This document shows, piece after piece, positions 39,838 to 51,436 of a DNA stretch of 64,000 nt. The translations under genes and the position numbers were made by a program. Source of the DNA: Anaeromyxobacter sp. GTDB taxonomy: Bacteria; Myxococcota; Myxococcia; Myxococcales; Anaeromyxobacteraceae. How positions within the stretch are numbered: position 1 is the stretch's first letter; every line of letters begins with the position of its first letter. The stretch is taken from the NCBI GenBank assembly GCA_049840735.1, contig JASGJN010000017.1, forward strand, positions 567,291-631,290. Direction: 5' to 3'. The notes under the pieces were generated by a model. The model did no database searches. It was not told the DNA's origin and saw nothing but the letters and a program-made list of their open reading frames with translations.

Positions 39838-40782
39838 TCAGACCGCCAGCACCGCGATCACCGCCGTCGCGGTCAGCACCACGCTCAGGGCCAGCATGTA
39901 GGCCACCCCGACCGCGGCCAGCTTGGCGGTGGTCCGGAGCGCGCCCTCGCGGTGGAGCCGGCGCAGCGCCAGCCAGGTCCAGCAGGCCGCCGCCAGCACG
40001 CCCGCGAGCGTGAGCGGCGGCCACCACAGGCCTGGCAGGAGCAGCAGGAAGCCGACCGTCTGGGCGTGCAGCGCCAGCAGCAGGTGCTCGGCGTAGAAGC
40101 GGCGCCGGTGGGCCAGCTTGAGCAGCGCCGCCAGGATGGGCACCAGCACGAACACCGCCGCCGGGGCGTGGTCGTGGAACGCCGACTGGAACCGGCGCTG
40201 CACCTCGCTCCGCGGCAGGCCCTTCAGCCGGTCCACGCGCGTCGCGACCCAGGCCCCCAGCGCGCCGGAGCGGCTCAGCTCCGCAGTCCCCTCGGCCGTC
40301 ACCGCCTGGTCCGCCTGGTCCGCCTTCGCCGCCTCGCCGCCCTCCGCCCTCGGCGCGGGCGCCTGCTCCGCCGGCGCCTCCTCGCGCCCGCCCAGCCGGA
40401 TCACCAGGTGGGGTTCGTCCTCCTGCCCGAGATCCACCTTCATGTCGGTGGCCTGCTCGGGCGCGACCGCCGTGGCCAGGAAGAAGAGCAGGCTCGCGAG
40501 CAGGTAGAGCCGCACCGGCGAGCTGTAGCGGGCGCGCCGGCCGCCGATCATCTCGGCCGCCACGTGCCCAGGGCGGAGCAGCAGCGGCCCGAGGGTGTGC
40601 GCGAAGCGCGAGTCGAGCGAGACCGCCTCCTCCAGCACCTCGCCCAGGAAGCGGCGCAGCGGCCGGCGCAGGTCGTGGGCCTGGTCCTGGCCGCAGGCGG
40701 CGCACCAGCGGCCGGCCAGCGGCGCGTCGCAGTTGGGGCAGCGGGCCTCCGCCGCCTGGGCCGCCTCGGACGGTTCGATCAC
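39838..40782 (-). CDS. DUF3667-like membrane protein
   Basis: CPNC..CAACGQ, LLLRPG, RARYSSPVRLYL, YAEHLLLALH. Confidence 0.85.
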   Translation of the reverse strand: MIEPSEAAQAAEARCPNCDAPLAGRWCAACGQDQAHDLRRPLRRFLGEVLEEAVSLDSRFAHTLGPLLLRPGHVAAEMIGGRRARYSSPVRLYLLASLLFFLATAVAPEQATDMKVDLGQEDEPHLVIRLGGREEAPAEQAPAPRAEGGEAAKADQADQAVTAEGTAELSRSGALGAWVATRVDRLKGLPRSEVQRRFQSAFHDHAPAAVFVLVPILAALLKLAHRRRFYAEHLLLALHAQTVGFLLLLPGLWWPPLTLAGVLAAACWTWLALRRLHREGALRTTAKLAAVGVAYMLALSVVLTATAVIAVLAV

Positions 40783-40786
40783 GGCC

Positions 40787-42268
40787 TCACCCCTGCGCCC
40801 GGCGGAAGAGGTCCACGATGGCGCCGGAGCGGCCGGCCACCCGCGCGCGCCCGCGGGCCCACTCGCGCAGCGCCTTGATCTGCTCCTCGTAGGTGCGGAA
40901 GAGCGGCACCAGGTCCTGCGCCAGCCGGCGGAGGTCCGCCGTCTCCAGCTCGCGCTTCTGGGCGAAGGCGCGGTGCAGCGCGCCCACCACCACCTGCTCC
41001 AGCTCCGCGCCGGAGTAGTCGGCGCACAGCTCGGCGATGGCGCCCACGTCCAGCGCCGCCGGGTCGCGGCCGCGCTTGCGCAGGTGCAGCTCGAGGATCT
41101 CCCGCCGCGCGTCCAGGTCGGGCAGGTCCACGAAGAAGAGCTCGTCGAAGCGGCCGCGCCGCAGCAGCTCGGGCGGCAGCCGCGAGACGTCGTTGGCGGT
41201 GGCCACCACGAAGACCGGCCCCTTCCGCTCCTGCAGCCAGGTGGAGAACGCGCCCAGCAGCCGGGCCGCGCGCGGATCGCCGCCCTGCCCGCTCCCGGCG
41301 AACCCCTTCTCGATCTCGTCGACCCAGAGCGCCACCGGCGCCAGCGCCTCGGTGGCCTCCAGCGCGCGGGCCAGGCTCTCCTCCGCCCCGCCCTGCGCTC
41401 CCAGCACGCGCGGCAGGTCCAGCCGCAGGATGGGCACCCGCAGCTCGGCCGCCGCGGCCTTGGCGCCCAGCGACTTGCCGCAGCCCTGCACGCCCACCAG
41501 CAGCACGCCGCGCGGCGGCGGCAGGCCGTACTGCGAGGCGTCGGCGTCGAAGGCCAGCGCCCGCTCGGCGATCCAGGCCTTGAAGGTGGCCAGGCCGCCC
41601 AGGTCGTCGGCGCGCTCCGGCGTCCCCACCAGCTCCAGCCCCAGGTCGCGCTCCAAAAGCCGCGTCTTCTCCTCGGCGATGGCGGCGATGGCGTCCGGCC
41701 CCAGCGCCGCGTCGCGGCGGGCGGCGCGCGTGAAGGCGCGCCGCGCCTGCGACTCGGTCAGGCCGCGGGCCGCCGCCACCGCCCGGTGGCGCCGGTCGGC
41801 GGTGAGGGGCGTCGCGTCGGCGGGGTGGGCCGCCTCGAGCAGCGTGCCCAGCTCCTCGTCCCCGGGCAGCGGCAGCCGCAGCACCGCCACGTCCGAGGAC
41901 AGCCCCTCCGGCAGCGCCACCCGCGGCGCGACCACCGCCAGGCACCGCCCCTCCGCCGCCAGGCGCGGGAGCAGGTCGCGCAGCTTGCGCGCCACCGCCG
42001 GCGTGGCCAGCGCCTGGTGGTAGTCGAGCGCCACCAGCAGGCAGGGCGCCGGCAGCTTCAGCAGCGCGTCCAGCACCGTGGCCGGGTCCTTGAGCGTGGG
42101 GGCCTGCGGCTCCAGCCCGCGGTTGGCCGACCAGACGCCCACCCGCGCCTGGAAGCCCTCCGCGGCCGCGCGGCAGAGCGCCACCGCGCGATCCTCCTCG
42201 GCGGTGACCAGGTAGACGACCGGCGCGCCGGCCGACCAGAGCTCGGCGATCTCGGACGAGATGCTCAC
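40787..42268 (-). CDS. AAA ATPase, Ycf46-like
   Basis: GVQGCGKS, LWVDEIEKG, ATAND, PPELLRRGRFDELFFVDLP. Confidence 0.92.
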   Translation of the reverse strand: MSISSEIAELWSAGAPVVYLVTAEEDRAVALCRAAAEGFQARVGVWSANRGLEPQAPTLKDPATVLDALLKLPAPCLLVALDYHQALATPAVARKLRDLLPRLAAEGRCLAVVAPRVALPEGLSSDVAVLRLPLPGDEELGTLLEAAHPADATPLTADRRHRAVAAARGLTESQARRAFTRAARRDAALGPDAIAAIAEEKTRLLERDLGLELVGTPERADDLGGLATFKAWIAERALAFDADASQYGLPPPRGVLLVGVQGCGKSLGAKAAAAELRVPILRLDLPRVLGAQGGAEESLARALEATEALAPVALWVDEIEKGFAGSGQGGDPRAARLLGAFSTWLQERKGPVFVVATANDVSRLPPELLRRGRFDELFFVDLPDLDARREILELHLRKRGRDPAALDVGAIAELCADYSGAELEQVVVGALHRAFAQKRELETADLRRLAQDLVPLFRTYEEQIKALREWARGRARVAGRSGAIVDLFRRAQG

Positions 42269-44097
42269 GGCGTGGCCTCCGCGTCGGCGGTGGCGCGCAT
42301 CGCCTCCTCGAACGAGGTCACCCCCGACGCCACCTTGCGGATGGCGTGCTCGCGCAGGGGGCGGAGCCCGTCCTGGCGGGCGGTCCGGAGCAGCACCTCG
42401 GGCGTGGCGCCCTCGGCGATGAGGTGGCGCAGGCGCGCGTTGACGCCCAGGATCTCGAAGATGCCGCTCCGGCCGTAGTGGCCGGTGAGCCGGCACTTGG
42501 CGCAGCCGGTGCCGCGGCGGGCCAGCAGCTTGCCGGCGTGGTCCTCGGGGTGGGCAACCCCCAGCTGCTGCACCTCGTCCGCGGTGAGCGGCACGTCCTC
42601 GGCGCAGGAGGGGCAGACCTGCCGGACCAGCCGCTGCGCCACCACGCCGGTGAGCGTGGCCGCCACCAGGAAGCTGGGCACGCCCAGGTCGCGCAGGCGG
42701 GCCACCGCGCTCACGGTGTCGTTGGTGTGGAGCGTGGTCAGCACCAGGTGGCCGGTGAGCGCGGCCTGGACCGCCTGCGAGGCGGTCTCCGCGTCGCGCA
42801 CCTCGCCGACCATGATCACGTCCGGATCCTGCCGCAGCACGTGGCGGAGCGCCTCTGCGAAGCTGGTCCCGGTCTTGGGGTTGGCGGCGATTTGGTTGAA
42901 CTCCTCGTGGACCATCTCGATGGGGTCCTCGATGGTCACCACGTTCACCTCGGGGGAGGTGAGCGCCTGGAGCGCCGAGTAGAGCGTGGTGGTCTTGCCG
43001 CTGCCGGTGGGGCCGGTGACGATCACCAGCCCGTGGGGGCGCTCCAGCCAGCGCTCGAACACGTCCCGCTCGTCGGAGAGGAAGCCCAGCTCGGAGAGGT
43101 CGCGCACCAGGACGTTGGGATCGAGGACGCGGACCACCACCTTGTCGCCGAAGGTGGTGGGGATGGTGGAGACGCGCAGCTCCATCTCGGCGTCGCCCCG
43201 CGCGGTGCGGATGCGGCCGTCCTGCGGGCGCTTGAGCGCGATGTCGAGCCGGCTCATGATCTTGAACCGGTTGGCGATGGCGCCGTGCACGGCCTTGGGG
43301 ATGCGGTGGATGGGGGTGCAGCACCCCGTCGATGCGCATCCGGATCACCGCCTCCTCGCGGCGCGGCTCGATGTGGATGTCGCTGGCGCGCTGCTCGAAG
43401 GCGTAGTGGAGCAGGTACTCGACCGCGGCCACCACCGGCTCCGAGGAGGCCTCCAGCGCGTCGATCCCGGAGAGGTTGACGAACTGCTCCAGGTTGCCGA
43501 CGTCCGGCGCGGTGGGTCCGTCCTCGATGGCCACCTTGGCCTGGGCGATTCTGCTGCCGGAAGCCGTAGATCTCGGCGATGGCCCGGTGGATGTCGGCCG
43601 GGGCGGAGAGGACCGGCTGCACCTCCGAGCCGGTCAGGCCGCGCAGGTTCTCGAACAGGTCGCGGTCGAACGGGTTGGTGGTGGCGATCACCAGCTGCCC
43701 GTTCTTCCGCTCCAGCGGGAGCACGCCGTGCTTGCGCGCGAACGGGCGGGAGAGCGTGCGGGTGATGAGCTGGGCGTCCAGCCGGAGCGGGTCGATCTTG
43801 CGGTACGGCAGGCCGACCGCCTCGGCCACCGCCCGGGTGACCTTGTCCTCGTCGAGGACCTCGTCCGGCTGGCGCGCGTCGCGGAAGCCGAAGACGCCAG
43901 CACCTCGACCGGCGAGATCTCGCGCGGCGCAGCGCCCGGCCGCCGCGGGCGGCCTCGTCGCGGAGCAGGCGCGTTCGCTGCACGCCCTCCCGCGCAGCGG
44001 CGGTGCGGCGGGCGTCGTCGGTCAGGATCCCCTGCCTGGTCAGGAGCTCCGCGACCAGGTCCAGGGTGTAGTCGGTCGCTCGGTAGGTGCGGGCCAC
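42265..44097 (-). CDS. GspE/PilB family secretion ATPase (several frameshifts, about 43315-43925)
   Basis: ASDIHIEP, PQDGR, GPTGSGKTTTLY, LRQDPD, TLHTN, tetracysteine motif. Confidence 0.92.
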
Positions 44098-44274
44098 TGC
44101 CGCGGAGTGTACCCGACCCGGCCCCGGGTCAGAAGGTTCCGGAAAGTTCGGCCCGGGTGTAGGCGGACGGCGCCGGACGGCGCCCGGCCGGTCGGGCGCC
44201 ATCGATCACGCGGGGGGGGGCCGCGCCCCTCCCCCTCCCCCGGCCACGTGCCGGGGCCCCACCCCGAACTCCTG

Positions 44275-44917
44275 CTACCGCTTGCGGGCCGGCACCTTGC
44301 GGCCGCGGGCCGGCGCAGCGGCGCGGCGGCTGCGCTCGGGGGCCGGCGGCGGCGGGGGCTCGCCACCGGAGACCTGCATGAGGCGGCCGCGCTCGCGGTT
44401 GTAGAGGCGCGAGGCGTCGCGCAGCACCTGCAGCGCCTCCGAGCGCCCCTGCGGCTCCGAGACCAGCACCTTCTTGTTCTCCAGGGCCTTGTAGTCCTGG
44501 AAGAAGCGCTGCAGCTCGCGCAGGCGGTGGGGCGGCAGCTCGGAGACGTCGGTGTAGTCCGAGTAGTTGGGGTCGTCGGCGTGGACGGCGATGATCTTGT
44601 CGTCCTCCCCCTTGTCGTCCCGCATCTTCATCACGCCGATGACCTTGGCCTGCATGATGGCGAGCGGCTGCGATCACCTCCTGGCAGAGCACCAGGATGT
44701 CGAGCGGATTGCCGTCGTCGCAGAAGGTCCGCGGGACGAAGCCGTAGTTGGCCGGGTAGTGCACGGAGGAGAAGAGGATCCGGTCCACCAGCAGCAGCCC
44801 CGACTTCTTGTCCAGCTCGTACTTCACCTTGGAGCCGGTGGGGATCTCGATGATGGCCGGGATCCGGTCCTCGAGGTAGAGCGGCAGCTCCACGTCGTGC
44901 CAGGGGTGATAAGCCAC
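44275..44917 (-). CDS. ppa: Inorganic pyrophosphatase (frameshift near 44670)
   Basis: [32 protein letters not shown]. Confidence 0.93.
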
Positions 44918-44943
44918 GTGAACCTCCGGAAGCGTTGCAGCGC

Positions 44944-45871
44944 CTAGATCCCTGCGCCGTGGGAGAACTTGAGCTCGCGGGCCTCGGCCTGGGTGACGCG
45001 GCTGCCGGCGGGCACGCTGGAGGTGAGCCAGACGTTGCCGCCGATTGACGAGCCGGCGCCGATGGTGACGCGGCCGAGGATGGTCGCGCCGGCGTATATC
45101 ACGACGTCGTCCTCGACGATGGGGCCGATCGACCCCCTTGATCGGGGTTCCGTGCTCGTCGAGCGGGAAGCTCTTCGCGCCCAGGGTCACCCCCTGGTAG
45201 ATGCGGACCCCGCGCCCGATCACCGAGGTCTCGCCGATCACCACCCCGGTCCCGTGGTCGATGAAGAAGCGCTCGCCGATGCGGGCGCCCGGGTGGATGT
45301 CGATGCCGGTGAGCGTGTGGGCGTGCTCGGTGATGATGCGCGGGATGAGCGGCACCTGGAGCCGCTGCAGCGCGTGGGCGATCCGCTGGTTGGTGACGGC
45401 CAGCATGCCCGGGTAGGCGAAGATGGCCTCGTCGCGGGTCTTGAGGGCCGGGTCGCCCTCGTAGGCGGCCTCGACGTCGGAGGCCACCAGCCTGCGGATC
45501 TCCGGCAGCTGGGCCAGCAGCCCCTTGGTGGCCGCCTGGGCGGTCTCGAAGCAATGGCCGCAGGCGTCCACGTCGTGCCGCTCGGTGAAGGCGATGCCGC
45601 GCCGGAGCTGCTCCTCCAGCGTCCGCATGGCCCCGGCCAGCGTGGCGCCGATGAAGTAGTGCAGGCTCTCGTCGTGGAGGTCGCTGGTGCCGAAGTAGCC
45701 CGGGAAAAGGACCGAGCGCAGGTCCTCCACCACCCGGATCACGGCCTCGCGCGACGGCAGCGTCACCTTCCCGCCGGAGGCGATGGCCGCGGTCGCGGCC
45801 TGGCACAGCGCCTCCACCACCGGCGCGAGCGCCACCTGGTCCACCGCCGGCCCCTTCTTCGGATCGTCCAC
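44944..45871 (-). CDS. cysE: Serine O-acetyltransferase (frameshift near 45125)
   Basis: [34 protein letters not shown]. Confidence 0.92.
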
Positions 45872-45976
45872 GGTCCCACGCTCCTCCCCGCGCTCCGGCG
45901 GGCCGTCCAGGCTACCAGAACCCCAGCCGTGGAGGCGCGCCGCGGCGATGCCCCCGCGTGAGGCCTGGCCATCCCC

Positions 45977-48097
45977 TCACCCCTCCCCCTCCAGCGCCGC
46001 GTCGATCTCGGCCTCGCTGGCGTCCAGCGCGGGCGGCGCGGGGACGGCGGCCCCCTCGCTGGGCAGCGCCTCCGCCGCCTCGGCGGCCTCGACGGCCTGC
46101 TCCCCCTCCTCCACCCGCGCCGCCACCTCCGGCCGGTGGAAGAAGGCGTGGACCGCCCCCGCCTGCCTGGGCCCGAACCCCTCGACCTGGGCGATCTCGG
46201 CCTCGGAGGCCTCGCGGACCCGCTTGAGCGACCCGAAGTGGCGGAGCAGCGCCTTCTTGCGCCCCTCGCCGATGCCGGGGATCTCCTCCAGCACGCTGCG
46301 GAAGTTCCGCTCCCGCCGCAGCTTGCGGTGGAAGGTGATGGCGAACCGGTGGGCCTCGTCGCGCAGCCGCGCCAGCAGGAACAGCTCCGACGAGTTCTGC
46401 CGCAGCACCACCGGATCCTTGCGCCCGGGCAGGAACACCCGCTCCGGGCTGCGGGCCAGCTCGGAGACGAACCCCTTCTCGGCGCGCTCGGCCGCGTCGG
46501 CCAGCGCCGCCTCGCCGTCCCGCCGCCGCCCGCGCCGCCCCACCACGCGCGTGGTCCCCAGCGCCGGCCCGTCCGCCAGCCTGCTCTTGGCCAGCCCCAC
46601 CAGCTCGACGAACGGCGCCCCCTCGTTGCCGGGCGACGGCTTCACCGGCACGCCCAGGTCGCGCGCGGCGGCCAGCGCCGCGTTGAGCTGCCCCTTGCCG
46701 CCGTCGATGACGATCAGGTCGGGCAGCTGCCCCTCCGAGAGCGCCCGCCGCAGCCGGCGGGTGATCACCTCGTGGAGCATGGCGAAGTCGTCCTGCCCGG
46801 CCACCGCCTTCACCTTGTACCGGCGGTAGTTGGCCTTGTCCGGCTCCCCGTCCTTCATGGACACGCCGGAGCCGACCGCCAGCGCGCCCTGGAAGGTGGA
46901 GATGTCGTAGCACTCCATCCAGCGCGGCGCGCGCGAGAGGTGGAGCGCGCGGGTCAGCGCGGCGAGCGACTGCTCGCGCCGCTCGTCCTTCTCGTGCCAG
47001 GAGCGGAAGCCCTGCTCGGCGTTGCGCGAGGCCACCTCCAGCAGGTCGGCCTTGGCGCCCCGCTGCGGGGTGAGCAGGCGGGTGCGGCGCCCGCGCCGGT
47101 CGGAGAGCACCTCGGCCAGCGCCTCGGCCTCGACCGGCTCCAGCGGCACCAGCACCTCGTCCGGCACCGGGTTCTGCTCGTAGTAGAGCGAGAGGAAGGA
47201 GGAGAGGATCTCCTCGCCGGGGAACTCCTGGCCGCGGAAGGGGTAGGCGCGCGAGTCCACCAGCTTCCCGCCGCGCATGGCCAGCACCTGCACCACCAGG
47301 TCCGGTCCCTCGCGGTAGAGGCCGACCACGTCGCGGTCGGCGCGGTCGGACATCAGCACCCGCTGCTTCTCCAGGCTCCGCTCCACCGCCTGCAGCTGGT
47401 CGCGCAGCGCCGCGGCGTCCTCGAAGCGGAGCGCCTCGGCCGCCTCGCGCATGCGCGCGTGCAGGCGCTCCACCAGCTCGGTCTCGCGCCCCTCCAGGAA
47501 CTCGACCGCGTCCTCGACCGACTGCCGGTACAGCTCGGCGGGCACCTCGTAGACGCAGGGGGCCGGGCAGCGCTTGATCTGGTAGAGGATGCAGGGGCGC
47601 CGGCGGTGGTCGAAGACGTGATCGCTGCAGGTGCGCAGCTGGAAGTACCGGTTCACCACCCGCAGCGTCTCGCGGATGGACGAGGCCGAGGAGTAGGGCC
47701 CGAAGTAGCGCGCCCCCTCCTGCCGCGCCTCGCGCGCCCGCCGCACCTCCAGGCGCGGGTACGGGTGGCGCTCGTCCAGGCGCAGGACGATGAAGTCCTT
47801 GTCGTCGCGCAGCCGGACGTTGAAGCGCGGCTTGTGGCGCTTGATGAGCTCGTTCTCGAGGAGCACCGCCTCCTTCTCGGAGCGGGTGACGATCACCTCG
47901 ATGTCCGCCAGCAGGTCCTCGAGCAGCGGCACGAAGATCCGGTCGTCGCCGCGCCCGGCGTCGAAGTAGGACCGGACGCGGCTGCGCAGGCTGGAGGCCT
48001 TGCCGACGTAGACCACCTCGCCGGCCCGGTCCTTCATGAGGTAGCAGCCCGGGGCGTCCGGGAGGGTGTCCAGGGTCTGGCGGAGCTTCTCTTCCAT
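45977..48097 (-). CDS. uvrC: Excinuclease ABC subunit C
   Basis: GIY-YIG (YVGKA), [27 protein letters not shown], HhH. Confidence 0.97.
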   Translation of the reverse strand: MEEKLRQTLDTLPDAPGCYLMKDRAGEVVYVGKASSLRSRVRSYFDAGRGDDRIFVPLLEDLLADIEVIVTRSEKEAVLLENELIKRHKPRFNVRLRDDKDFIVLRLDERHPYPRLEVRRAREARQEGARYFGPYSSASSIRETLRVVNRYFQLRTCSDHVFDHRRRPCILYQIKRCPAPCVYEVPAELYRQSVEDAVEFLEGRETELVERLHARMREAAEALRFEDAAALRDQLQAVERSLEKQRVLMSDRADRDVVGLYREGPDLVVQVLAMRGGKLVDSRAYPFRGQEFPGEEILSSFLSLYYEQNPVPDEVLVPLEPVEAEALAEVLSDRRGRRTRLLTPQRGAKADLLEVASRNAEQGFRSWHEKDERREQSLAALTRALHLSRAPRWMECYDISTFQGALAVGSGVSMKDGEPDKANYRRYKVKAVAGQDDFAMLHEVITRRLRRALSEGQLPDLIVIDGGKGQLNAALAAARDLGVPVKPSPGNEGAPFVELVGLAKSRLADGPALGTTRVVGRRGRRRDGEAALADAAERAEKGFVSELARSPERVFLPGRKDPVVLRQNSSELFLLARLRDEAHRFAITFHRKLRRERNFRSVLEEIPGIGEGRKKALLRHFGSLKRVREASEAEIAQVEGFGPRQAGAVHAFFHRPEVAARVEEGEQAVEAAEAAEALPSEGAAVPAPPALDASEAEIDAALEGEG

Positions 48098-48129
48098 GCC
48101 GGGGGAGGACTTAGCGCGGGACCGCCCCG

Positions 48130-49692
48130 TCACGCCAGCGACCCGGGGAGCCAGGGGAAGAGCCCCTCCAGCGCCGGGGCCGCGGCCCGCAGCGCGGCCA
48201 GCACCGGCGGCCCGGCGGCGGCCCTGAGCAGCCCGGCCGCCTCGCGCAGGGACCGCTCGGCCTCGTCCGGCTCGAGCTCCAGCTCCAGCGCGGAGTCCTT
48301 CCCCTCGCACAGATCGCAGAGCAGCGCCACCAGCCCGGCCTCGGGCGCCTCGGGCAGGAGCGCCAGGGCCAGCGCCCGCGCCCCCGCCACGTCGCCGGCC
48401 GCGAGCCGGGCCAGGGCCAGCAGCCGGGCAGCGGCGCCGTGGGGCGGGGTCCCCGCGGCCTGGGCAAGGGGGGCCAGGGCGCCGGCGGCGTCGCCGGCCC
48501 GCAGCCGCTCCTCGCCCACCGCGGCCGAGAGCTCGGTCGAGGTGCCGTGCCGGGCCCCGTGCGCCGCCGCGAAGGCCGCCGCCGCCACCGCGCCGCCGCC
48601 GGCCCGGTGGAGCGCCAGCGCGGCCAGGAGCGCCTCGGGATCGCGCGGGGCCTGGCCCAGCGCCTGCTCGACCCGCCCCAGCGCCTCCGGCAGCCGCCCC
48701 GCGGCCAGCGCCAGCCGGGCCAGCCCCAGCAGCGGCCGCACCGTGGCCAGCTGGCGATGGGGGGTGTGATGGGCCAGCCCCAGGCAGCGCTCGAAGTCGG
48801 CCCGCGCCCGCTCCTCCTGCCCCACCCGCTCCAGCAGCTCGCCCCGGCGCAGCAGCAGCGGCGCGGACGGGACCGCCTGCGCCCCGTACCGCTCCAGCAG
48901 GGCCAGCGCCTCGCCCGGCTGGCGCGCCAGCCCGTCGGCCATCAGCGCCACCAGCTCGCCGCCGTGCGGGCTCTGCGCGAGCGCGCGGGGAGCCCGATCC
49001 AGCGCCCGCCGGGCGTCCGCCGCCGCGCGCGCCCAGAGCGCCCGGTCGCCCCAGAAGCGCGCCTGCTCCAGCCGCTTCAGGTGGGCGTAGAGGTCCAGCG
49101 GATCCCGCGCCAGGCAGGCCTCGAGGATGGTGACGTCGCGGGCCTTCTTGTCCCGCGCCGCGGCGCGGCTGCGGACGTAGCCCAGGTGATCGATCGCCCC
49201 CTCGAGGTGGACCAGCCGCCGGCCGGTGCGCGCCAGGTGGGCCAGCACCGCCTCGCTCACGTCCTCGTGGATGGCGTGGCGGAAGCGGACCGCGGGGTCG
49301 CTGCGGAAGAGGCGCAGCAGCCGGGCGTCGCGCACGTGGCCGTGCGGGAGCCGGTTGACCATGCGGACGGTGGCGGCGCCGGCCTGCGGGTCCTGCAGCA
49401 GCGCGCGGACCTCGGCCACCAGCTCGGGCGAGACCAGCTCGTCCGGATCGAGCACGGCGATCCAGTCGCCGGTGGCGGCGTCCAGGCCGTGGTTCCGCGC
49501 GGCGGCGAAGTCGCCGGTCCAGGGGCGGTGGAGCAGCCGCGCGCCCGCCTCGGCCAGCAGCCGAGGGGTGTCGTCGGAGGAGCCGGTGTCGACCGCCACC
49601 AGCTCGTCCCAGAGGCCGCGGGCCTGCTCCAGGAAGCGGGGCAGGAGCTCCGCCTCGTCCTTCACGATCAGGCAGAGCGAGAGCCGGAGCAC
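48130..49692 (-). CDS. Glycosyltransferase family 2 with TPR-like C-terminus
   Basis: [37 protein letters not shown]. Confidence 0.88.
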   Translation of the reverse strand: MLRLSLCLIVKDEAELLPRFLEQARGLWDELVAVDTGSSDDTPRLLAEAGARLLHRPWTGDFAAARNHGLDAATGDWIAVLDPDELVSPELVAEVRALLQDPQAGAATVRMVNRLPHGHVRDARLLRLFRSDPAVRFRHAIHEDVSEAVLAHLARTGRRLVHLEGAIDHLGYVRSRAAARDKKARDVTILEACLARDPLDLYAHLKRLEQARFWGDRALWARAAADARRALDRAPRALAQSPHGGELVALMADGLARQPGEALALLERYGAQAVPSAPLLLRRGELLERVGQEERARADFERCLGLAHHTPHRQLATVRPLLGLARLALAAGRLPEALGRVEQALGQAPRDPEALLAALALHRAGGGAVAAAAFAAAHGARHGTSTELSAAVGEERLRAGDAAGALAPLAQAAGTPPHGAAARLLALARLAAGDVAGARALALALLPEAPEAGLVALLCDLCEGKDSALELELEPDEAERSLREAAGLLRAAAGPPVLAALRAAAPALEGLFPWLPGSLA

Positions 49693-49783
49693 GCGCGGAT
49701 GAAACCACGCCGCCCCGGCCCCTGTCGAGGCGGCCGCGCGGTCGGGCGCGGCGCCCTAGCTTGCACCGGCAGGAGGGAAGCCC

Positions 49784-51199
49784 ATGCGCGCCATCACGGC
49801 CGCCCTGCTGCTCGTCGCCGGCTGCGGAGCCGACCCGCCCCAGGGCTCGTCCGCCGGTGCGCCCCTGGCCACGCCGCTGCCTCGAACCGTGCTGGGCCAG
49901 CGGCTCAGCGTGGCGGCCGCGCCCGGGGCCGAGCGGGCCAGGGCCGTCTGGACCGAGGACGGAGCGGAGCGGCGCTCGGCGGACGTGGCCGTCTCGGGCA
50001 GCGAGGCGGCGGTGGCGCTGCTGGGGCTCCGTCCCGGGGCGACCTACCAGGCGGTCGTCGAGCAGGAGGGGCCGGGCGGGGTCTCCCGCTCGGCGCCGGT
50101 GGACTTCGCCACCGCCGCGCTCCCGCCGGCCGTGGCCGGCCTCACGCTGGAGGTGAGCGGCGCCCCGCCGGAAGGGCTGGTCCTGGTGAACAATCTCGCG
50201 GCCGTGAGCCCCGGCGTGCTGGCCGCCTTCGACGGCCAGGGGCAGCTGCGCTGGTACCGGCTCTTCGACGGCCCGCTCCCGGTGGTGGAGGCCAAGCAGC
50301 TCCCGTCCGGCAACCTCGTGGCCTTCCTCGGCACCACCACCGGCTGGCTCCCCGTGGTGGGCGGCTACGTGGAGGTGGCGCCCACCGGCGAGCAGCTGCG
50401 CACGCTGCAGGCGGCGCCGCCGCTCTTCACCGACAACCACGAGCTGCTCATCACCGGCGAGGGGACGCCGGAGGAGCGGATCCACCTTTTCGGCTACGAC
50501 GCGCGCCCGGTCGACCTCGGCCCCATCGGCCACCCCGGCACGGCCGACATGGTGGCGCACCACGTCCAGCGGCAGCTGCCGAGCGGAGCGGTGGAGTTCG
50601 CCTGGAGCGCCTGGGACCACCTCGAGGTGACCGACGCCATCAACCTGCCCTTTCCCGCCGAGCCGGCCGGCCAGGATCTCGATCACCCCAACTCGCTGCA
50701 GGTCACGCCGGAGGGCGACTACCTCGTCTCCTTTCGCAACCTGGACGCGGTCTGGCGGCTGGACGGCCTCACCGGCGAGGTGCAGTGGCGGCTGGGCGGG
50801 GTCCGCAGCGACTTCACCTTCCTCGACGACCCGCAGGGCGGCTTCTCCGGCCAGCACACCGCCTCGCTCCTGCCGGACGGGCACCTGCTGGTCTTCGACA
50901 ACGGCACGCACCACGAGCCGCCTGCCTCGCGCGCCGCCGAGTACGCGCTCGACCTGGAAGCGCACACCGCGCGCCTGGTCTGGTCGTTCACCCCGCCCGG
51001 CGGCGGGTTCAACCAGTTCACCGGCTCCGCCTACCGCGACGCCGCCGGCACGACCTGGGTCGGCATGTCCGAGCGCGGCGAGATCTACCGGGTGGCGGCG
51101 GACGGGAGCGTGCTCTGGAGCGCGCGCCTGCTGCGCGACGGGCAGCCGGTGCGGTTCTACCGGGCGGTGCCGATCGCGGGGCTCCAGCCGGCGCCGTGA
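49784..51199 (+). CDS. Arylsulfotransferase-family (ASST-like) lipoprotein
   Basis: Lipobox VAGC; NHE, HPNSL, YLVSFRN, GQH, LVFDNG. Confidence 0.85.
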   Translation: MRAITAALLLVAGCGADPPQGSSAGAPLATPLPRTVLGQRLSVAAAPGAERARAVWTEDGAERRSADVAVSGSEAAVALLGLRPGATYQAVVEQEGPGGVSRSAPVDFATAALPPAVAGLTLEVSGAPPEGLVLVNNLAAVSPGVLAAFDGQGQLRWYRLFDGPLPVVEAKQLPSGNLVAFLGTTTGWLPVVGGYVEVAPTGEQLRTLQAAPPLFTDNHELLITGEGTPEERIHLFGYDARPVDLGPIGHPGTADMVAHHVQRQLPSGAVEFAWSAWDHLEVTDAINLPFPAEPAGQDLDHPNSLQVTPEGDYLVSFRNLDAVWRLDGLTGEVQWRLGGVRSDFTFLDDPQGGFSGQHTASLLPDGHLLVFDNGTHHEPPASRAAEYALDLEAHTARLVWSFTPPGGGFNQFTGSAYRDAAGTTWVGMSERGEIYRVAADGSVLWSARLLRDGQPVRFYRAVPIAGLQPAP

Positions 51200-51243
51200 C
51201 GGCGGGTGGGTGTGAGCGAGGGCCGGGCGTGGCCCGCGGGCCT

Positions 51244-51292
51244 CGCTGCCCCGCCCCTGGCCGCCCGCTGCCCCGCCCCTGGCCGCCCGCTG
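51244..51292. repeat. 22-bp tandem repeat, about 2.2 copies
   Basis: CGCTGCCCCGCCCCTGGCCGCC twice plus CGCTG. Confidence 0.8.
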
Positions 51293-51436
51293 GCCGGCCG
51301 CCTGTCCCGGCGCCACTGGCCGGCGAAGGGGCGGAGCCTTGCAGGACGGCGCCGCCATGCCGATGTCTCGGCCCGACCATCCACCGCCCTGGCCCGCTCG
51401 CGGAGGCTCCGCTCCTCCCGGCGAGGAGGAGCCTCC

